A DNA stretch of 64,000 nucleotides, taken from Acidobacteriota bacterium. GTDB taxonomy: Bacteria; Acidobacteriota; UBA890; WLXD01. The stretch is from positions 3,936,001 through 4,000,000 of the forward strand of contig CBDFKD010000002.1 in NCBI GenBank assembly GCA_965248695.1, read 5' to 3'. The first letter of the stretch is position 1. Every line of letters starts with the position of its first letter. The translations under genes were made by a program, and so were the position numbers. Below, piece after piece: positions 59,993 to 64,000 of the stretch. The notes below the pieces were generated by a model. The model saw only the letters and a program-made list of their open reading frames with translations, was not told the DNA's origin and did no database searches.

Positions 59993-62382
59993 CCACCTTC
60001 ACCAATATCCCGAGAGCCATCGAAGACGTGCTGCAGAGCCGCATCCCATCGACCTCGCGGAGGGAATTCCTGAGGTCTTCGGGTGCCCTTGTCGTGAGCT
60101 TCAGCGCCACCGCCGTTGCGGGCACCGACGCACTGGCGGCGGTCGGCGGAGAGGGGGCTCTCGCCCGGGCGGCGGGCCCGTATCCGGATCCCGATATCAG
60201 ACAGCTGGATACTTGGGTGGCGATCCATGCTGACAACACCGCGACGTTCTATGTCGGTAAGACCGACTGTGGTCAGGGGACCGGCACGGCGTTCCGGCAG
60301 ATGATGGCTGACGAGCTGGATATCGCCTACGACAAGACCAGCCTCGTCATGGGTAGAACCGACGTTACCCCCGACCAGGGCGGGTCGGGCGGATCGGATG
60401 CGATCCAGCGCGACGGCTGGCCGATGCGGCGCGTTGCGGCCGAGGCCCGACGCGTTCTGCTGGAGCTGGCTTCCGAGCGGTTCGGAGTGCCGGTCGAGCA
60501 GCTCGAAGTCCGTGACGCGGTGATCGCGCTGAGATCGGCCGCTGCCCGGACCGTCACCTACGCGGAGTTGGTGAGCGAGCGGCGGTTCAACGTCACGCTG
60601 ACGGGAGACGACGTCAACGCGATCTCGGGTGTGGCTGACGTCAAGCCGGTGGGCGATCTCAGGATCGTCGGCCAGTCGCCGCAGCGTTACGACATCCCCC
60701 CGAAGGTCGACGGGTCGCTGACCTGGGCAGTCGACGTTGCGCTGCCCGGAATGGTGCATGCGCGCAACGTCAGGCCGCCGGTCGTCGGCGCCACTCTGCG
60801 CAGCATCGACGAAGCATCGGTCCGGGACCTGCCGGGGTTCATCCGTGTGGTCAGCAAGGGCAACTACGTCGCCGTCGTCTGCGAGCGAGAAGAGCAGGCC
60901 ATCGACGACGCCAGGCGACTCCAGGCGGAGTGGGACAAACCGTCGGCCACACCGTTCCCGACCTCCGACGGTTTGTATGCGTACATGCGCAGCGCGACGC
61001 CCACCTCGAGCAGCGATCCGGAGGTGGTAGGAAGTCCAGAGGCAGCGTTCGCCGGCGCAGCACGGGTGATCGAGGCCGAATACGACGTCCCGTTCCAGGG
61101 ACATACGGCTTTCGGTCCGGCCCACGCTCTGGCCGACCCTTCCGACGGTCAGATGACGATTTACTCCAACGACATGAAGTCCTACGGCATGCGCAACGGC
61201 ATCGCCGAGTTTCTCGGCATGCCGAGAGACCGGGTGCGTGTCGTCTGGATGGAAGGTTCCCAGGCTTACGGGCGCACGGCTGCCGACGATGCCGGCTTCG
61301 AGGCGGCATTCCTGGCCAAGGAGATCGGCCGTCCGGTGCGTATGCAGTGGAGCAGGGACGAGGAAACGGCCTGGGACACGAAGGGCCCGGCGTTCACTCT
61401 CAGACTGCGCGGCGGATTGGATGCGGACGGCCAGTTGGTGGCGCTCGAGTACGACGCCCAGAGCGCCGACTACAACCACGTCGGATACAACGAGGTCGAG
61501 ACCGTATTGATCTCGCAGCTCATCGGAACACGGCTCCCGACGCCGAACGGGGGGCGCGCCTCGACGCCGTCTGAGATGTATGCGATCCCCAACCGGCGCA
61601 CGACGGCTCAGGTCGTCCGGCTTCCGTTGATCTGGGAAACGCCGCTGCGAACCGGCAACCTCCGGGATCCCAATGGGCCGCAGGTCACCTTCGCGGCTGA
61701 ATCGTTTATCGACGAGCTGGCCGCAGCGGCCAACGCCGATCCGGTCGAGTTTCGGCTTAATCTGCTCGCTGGCAGCACCGACGATGACAGCGGGTTCCGA
61801 CGGGCGCGCTCGATCGCGGTCGTTCGCGCAGCGGCGGATGCTTACGGATGGGATACGCGGCCTTCGCCCAACTCGCACGATACAGAGACGGTTCTGACCG
61901 GACGCGGGATCGCCTACTCTTTCCGTAGCCAGACGATCGTTGCCGAGATTGCCGAGGTCGAGGTGAATCGTGAGACGGGTCATGTCTGGGTGAAGCGGCT
62001 CGTCTGCGCGCACGACTGCGGGTTGGTCATCAACCCGGAGGGGCTGCGGCGTACGATCGAGTGCGGCATGTTGCACTCGCTGAGCCGCGCGCTCCACGAA
62101 GAGGTACAGTTCGACACTGAAAAGGTCACCAGCGTGGACTGGATGTCGCACCCCAGCCTCAGGCACACCGACACGCCGGAACAGATCGACGTGGTCCTGG
62201 TAAACGGCGATCCTGATCCGGAGCGCTCGGATCTGCCGCCCTACGGAGCCGGCGAGGCGGTCTGCAAACCGATGATCGCGGCGGTCGCCAATGCCATCTA
62301 CGACGCCACCGGAGTTCGTCTGCGCCGCGTGCCCTTTCGGGACGAGCGCGTGCTCGCGGCGCTCGAGACTGCGCCGGTCTAG
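59989..62382 (+). CDS. Molybdopterin large subunit (IorB/nicotinate dehydrogenase B-like) with Tat signal
   Basis: SRREFL; GK...GQG, Q..ADEL, W.R.EE, LRDP, ESFIDELA and GAGE...ANAIYDATGVRLR; true start ATG 59989. Confidence 0.93.
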   Translation: MTTFTNIPRAIEDVLQSRIPSTSRREFLRSSGALVVSFSATAVAGTDALAAVGGEGALARAAGPYPDPDIRQLDTWVAIHADNTATFYVGKTDCGQGTGTAFRQMMADELDIAYDKTSLVMGRTDVTPDQGGSGGSDAIQRDGWPMRRVAAEARRVLLELASERFGVPVEQLEVRDAVIALRSAAARTVTYAELVSERRFNVTLTGDDVNAISGVADVKPVGDLRIVGQSPQRYDIPPKVDGSLTWAVDVALPGMVHARNVRPPVVGATLRSIDEASVRDLPGFIRVVSKGNYVAVVCEREEQAIDDARRLQAEWDKPSATPFPTSDGLYAYMRSATPTSSSDPEVVGSPEAAFAGAARVIEAEYDVPFQGHTAFGPAHALADPSDGQMTIYSNDMKSYGMRNGIAEFLGMPRDRVRVVWMEGSQAYGRTAADDAGFEAAFLAKEIGRPVRMQWSRDEETAWDTKGPAFTLRLRGGLDADGQLVALEYDAQSADYNHVGYNEVETVLISQLIGTRLPTPNGGRASTPSEMYAIPNRRTTAQVVRLPLIWETPLRTGNLRDPNGPQVTFAAESFIDELAAAANADPVEFRLNLLAGSTDDDSGFRRARSIAVVRAAADAYGWDTRPSPNSHDTETVLTGRGIAYSFRSQTIVAEIAEVEVNRETGHVWVKRLVCAHDCGLVINPEGLRRTIECGMLHSLSRALHEEVQFDTEKVTSVDWMSHPSLRHTDTPEQIDVVLVNGDPDPERSDLPPYGAGEAVCKPMIAAVANAIYDATGVRLRRVPFRDERVLAALETAPV

Positions 62383-63716
62383 TGGCCTGCGCTCGCGAGT
62401 TGATACCAGAGACTGAGCCCGTTATCGCGGATCCCGCCGAACACTTTCTCTGCGTCGTTCCAGATCCGCCGGCTCGTTACGTCGACGCCGGCACGGTCAA
62501 CGAACACCAGGGCGAACGCGATCACGTACTGGGTCGGCATGCGCGGATCCTCGATATCGCCGGCGATCGTGCCGTAGTCGAGGTCCGCATCGGCGATCCA
62601 GACGGCCGCCTGCTCGACGCCAAAGGTGACGGACGGGTACAGCGTCGGAGAGTTGGCGACGGTGTATGTGCCAACCTGAATCTGGTACATCAGATCCTCG
62701 AGGCGTGACTCCGTGCTCGGCGGGAGAATCTCGAGGGAGTCGCTGCCGTCCGGAGTTCTGCGATCGCGCTGACGGCCGACGGCCCGCACCGTCCAGTCGC
62801 GCCAGTCGGCGTCCGCGAGCACGACCCATCCATCCCGGCGCGCCACCATGTCCCTGGCACCGTCGGCAGATCGAAAATAGGCTCCGACCGGCGACGTGAC
62901 GACAATCGACTGACCATTGGTTCGCCTGATGCGAATCGTCACCGCTTCCTTGCCTGCACCGACGGCCTGAGCCTCGACCAGACCGGCGTCGATGGCATCG
63001 AACAGGTCGTGACTATCGAGCGACGCTGCGGTGGTTTCGTCGGTCGAGCGGAAAACGAAGAGGTGCTGGCTTGGAAGAAAATCGTGCAGCCGTGCCAACT
63101 CGAAGCCGGCCGCCTTCCATTCCAGGAGCACCTGGCGCACCGACATCCGGTGGTCGGCCTTGATCTGGTCTCCAGTGCCGTCCTCGACGCGATATTCGAG
63201 CAGAGCGACGCGCCCGCCGGGCGCGAGCGACCGACGGATAGCCGCCAACATCGGCACTGGATCGGACATCTCGTGGTAGACGTCGGTGATGACCACCCAG
63301 TCGACCTCGTCAACGGGCAGTTTCGGGTCCACGGGGGTCCCGAGGATGGCCTCGATGCCGGTCACGTCCTCGTCGGCAGCCAGGCCCTTCATGATCTCGA
63401 GCATCTCCGGCTGGATGTCCTCGCAGTAGATGATTCCGCCGGGCTGTACTAACGGCGCCATCTGTCGCGCGTAGTACCCTGACCCGCACCCCACGTCAGC
63501 CACGACGTCACCGGGGCTCAGTGCCATCGCTTCCAGGACGCGCTGAGGCTGTTCCTCCACCACGCGGTCTTCACGCTCGAGCCACCTTGCCCCCAGGTAG
63601 GTCATGAAATCCGCTGGGACCCGATGCCGTTCCTGGCGGTCGGTCTGTGCTTCGGTCGAGTGGAGACCGATGGCGATGCTCAGGAGAGCGGCGAGGACAA
63701 CGAGCCGGCTTTTCAA
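62379..63716 (-). CDS. Class I SAM methyltransferase with signal peptide and extra C-terminal domain
   Basis: GARWLER, VADVGCGSGY, EDIQPEM, DVYHE, EYR.ED and LPSQH; TTG start uncertain. Confidence 0.85.
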   Translation of the reverse strand: MKSRLVVLAALLSIAIGLHSTEAQTDRQERHRVPADFMTYLGARWLEREDRVVEEQPQRVLEAMALSPGDVVADVGCGSGYYARQMAPLVQPGGIIYCEDIQPEMLEIMKGLAADEDVTGIEAILGTPVDPKLPVDEVDWVVITDVYHEMSDPVPMLAAIRRSLAPGGRVALLEYRVEDGTGDQIKADHRMSVRQVLLEWKAAGFELARLHDFLPSQHLFVFRSTDETTAASLDSHDLFDAIDAGLVEAQAVGAGKEAVTIRIRRTNGQSIVVTSPVGAYFRSADGARDMVARRDGWVVLADADWRDWTVRAVGRQRDRRTPDGSDSLEILPPSTESRLEDLMYQIQVGTYTVANSPTLYPSVTFGVEQAAVWIADADLDYGTIAGDIEDPRMPTQYVIAFALVFVDRAGVDVTSRRIWNDAEKVFGGIRDNGLSLWYQLASAGH

Positions 63717-63825
63717 GAGAGATTCCTCAGGGCAACGAGTCCGTTCACCCTACCATCGGGTAGGCGACCGTTACCGAAGAACCCACCGGTGCACCAGTCC
63801 CCACATCGCGTGGCTCGCACTCACG

Positions 63826-64000
63826 ATGATGGCAGCCGGCGGTGGCCCTCAAGCGGGCGGGACGGATTGGCCGGGGTGGCGCGGGGTCGACCGTCTCGCT
63901 CAGTGGAGCGAGACCGGAATCGTCGACACGCTGCCCGCCGAGCTTCTGATGACGTGGCGCGTTCCCATCAACTCGGGCTACGCGGGACCTTCGGTGGCCG
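63826..64000 (+). CDS. PQQ-like beta-propeller repeat protein, N-terminal part (runs off window; not in ORF track)
   Basis: Frame 1 reads TDWPGWRGVDRLAQWSETGIVDTLPAELLMTWRVPINSGYAGPSVA; start uncertain. Confidence 0.75.
   Translation, partial: MMAAGGGPQAGGTDWPGWRGVDRLAQWSETGIVDTLPAELLMTWRVPINSGYAGPSVA

Overview
High-GC, gene-dense bacterial chromosomal window with about 50 CDS. I recognised no rRNA, tRNA, CRISPR array, integrase or transposase. A PadR + ADOP-type duplicated permease pair and many secreted S9/M20/M24/M28 peptidases and beta-propellers suggest Acidobacteriota (inference, not proven). Most genes serve organic-nitrogen scavenging: three S9 and three M24-fold enzymes, M20, amidase, GGT, a creatininase-like protein, hydantoinase A/B, TauD, TenA, two peptide-type ABC systems and an Ior-type molybdo-enzyme. 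An ECF42-like sigma/YciI pair, a FitAB/VapBC toxin-antitoxin module and a REC-GGDEF-EAL protein are also present. The best candidates for undescribed biology are: (1) a Tat-signal FMN alpha-hydroxy-acid oxidase with a CxxCH inserted in its variable loop, coupled to a small membrane protein; (2) a tight operon of a DEGS-like sphingolipid delta4-desaturase, a stand-alone RnfD/UnbU-like membrane protein with Cys-rich Sel1-like repeats, and an FGE-fold lipoprotein; (3) a YVTN propeller + duplicated-domain di-haem protein pair; (4) a DUF1028-TPR-cyclophilin fusion. Several lesions mislead the ORF track: two tail-to-tail gene stumps at 11.3-11.7 kb, an in-frame TAG in the ADOP permease, a (CG)6 slippage that fakes an 879-aa fusion, and a probable 1-nt frameshift in an ABC permease. 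All family calls come from motif recognition by eye; no searches were run.
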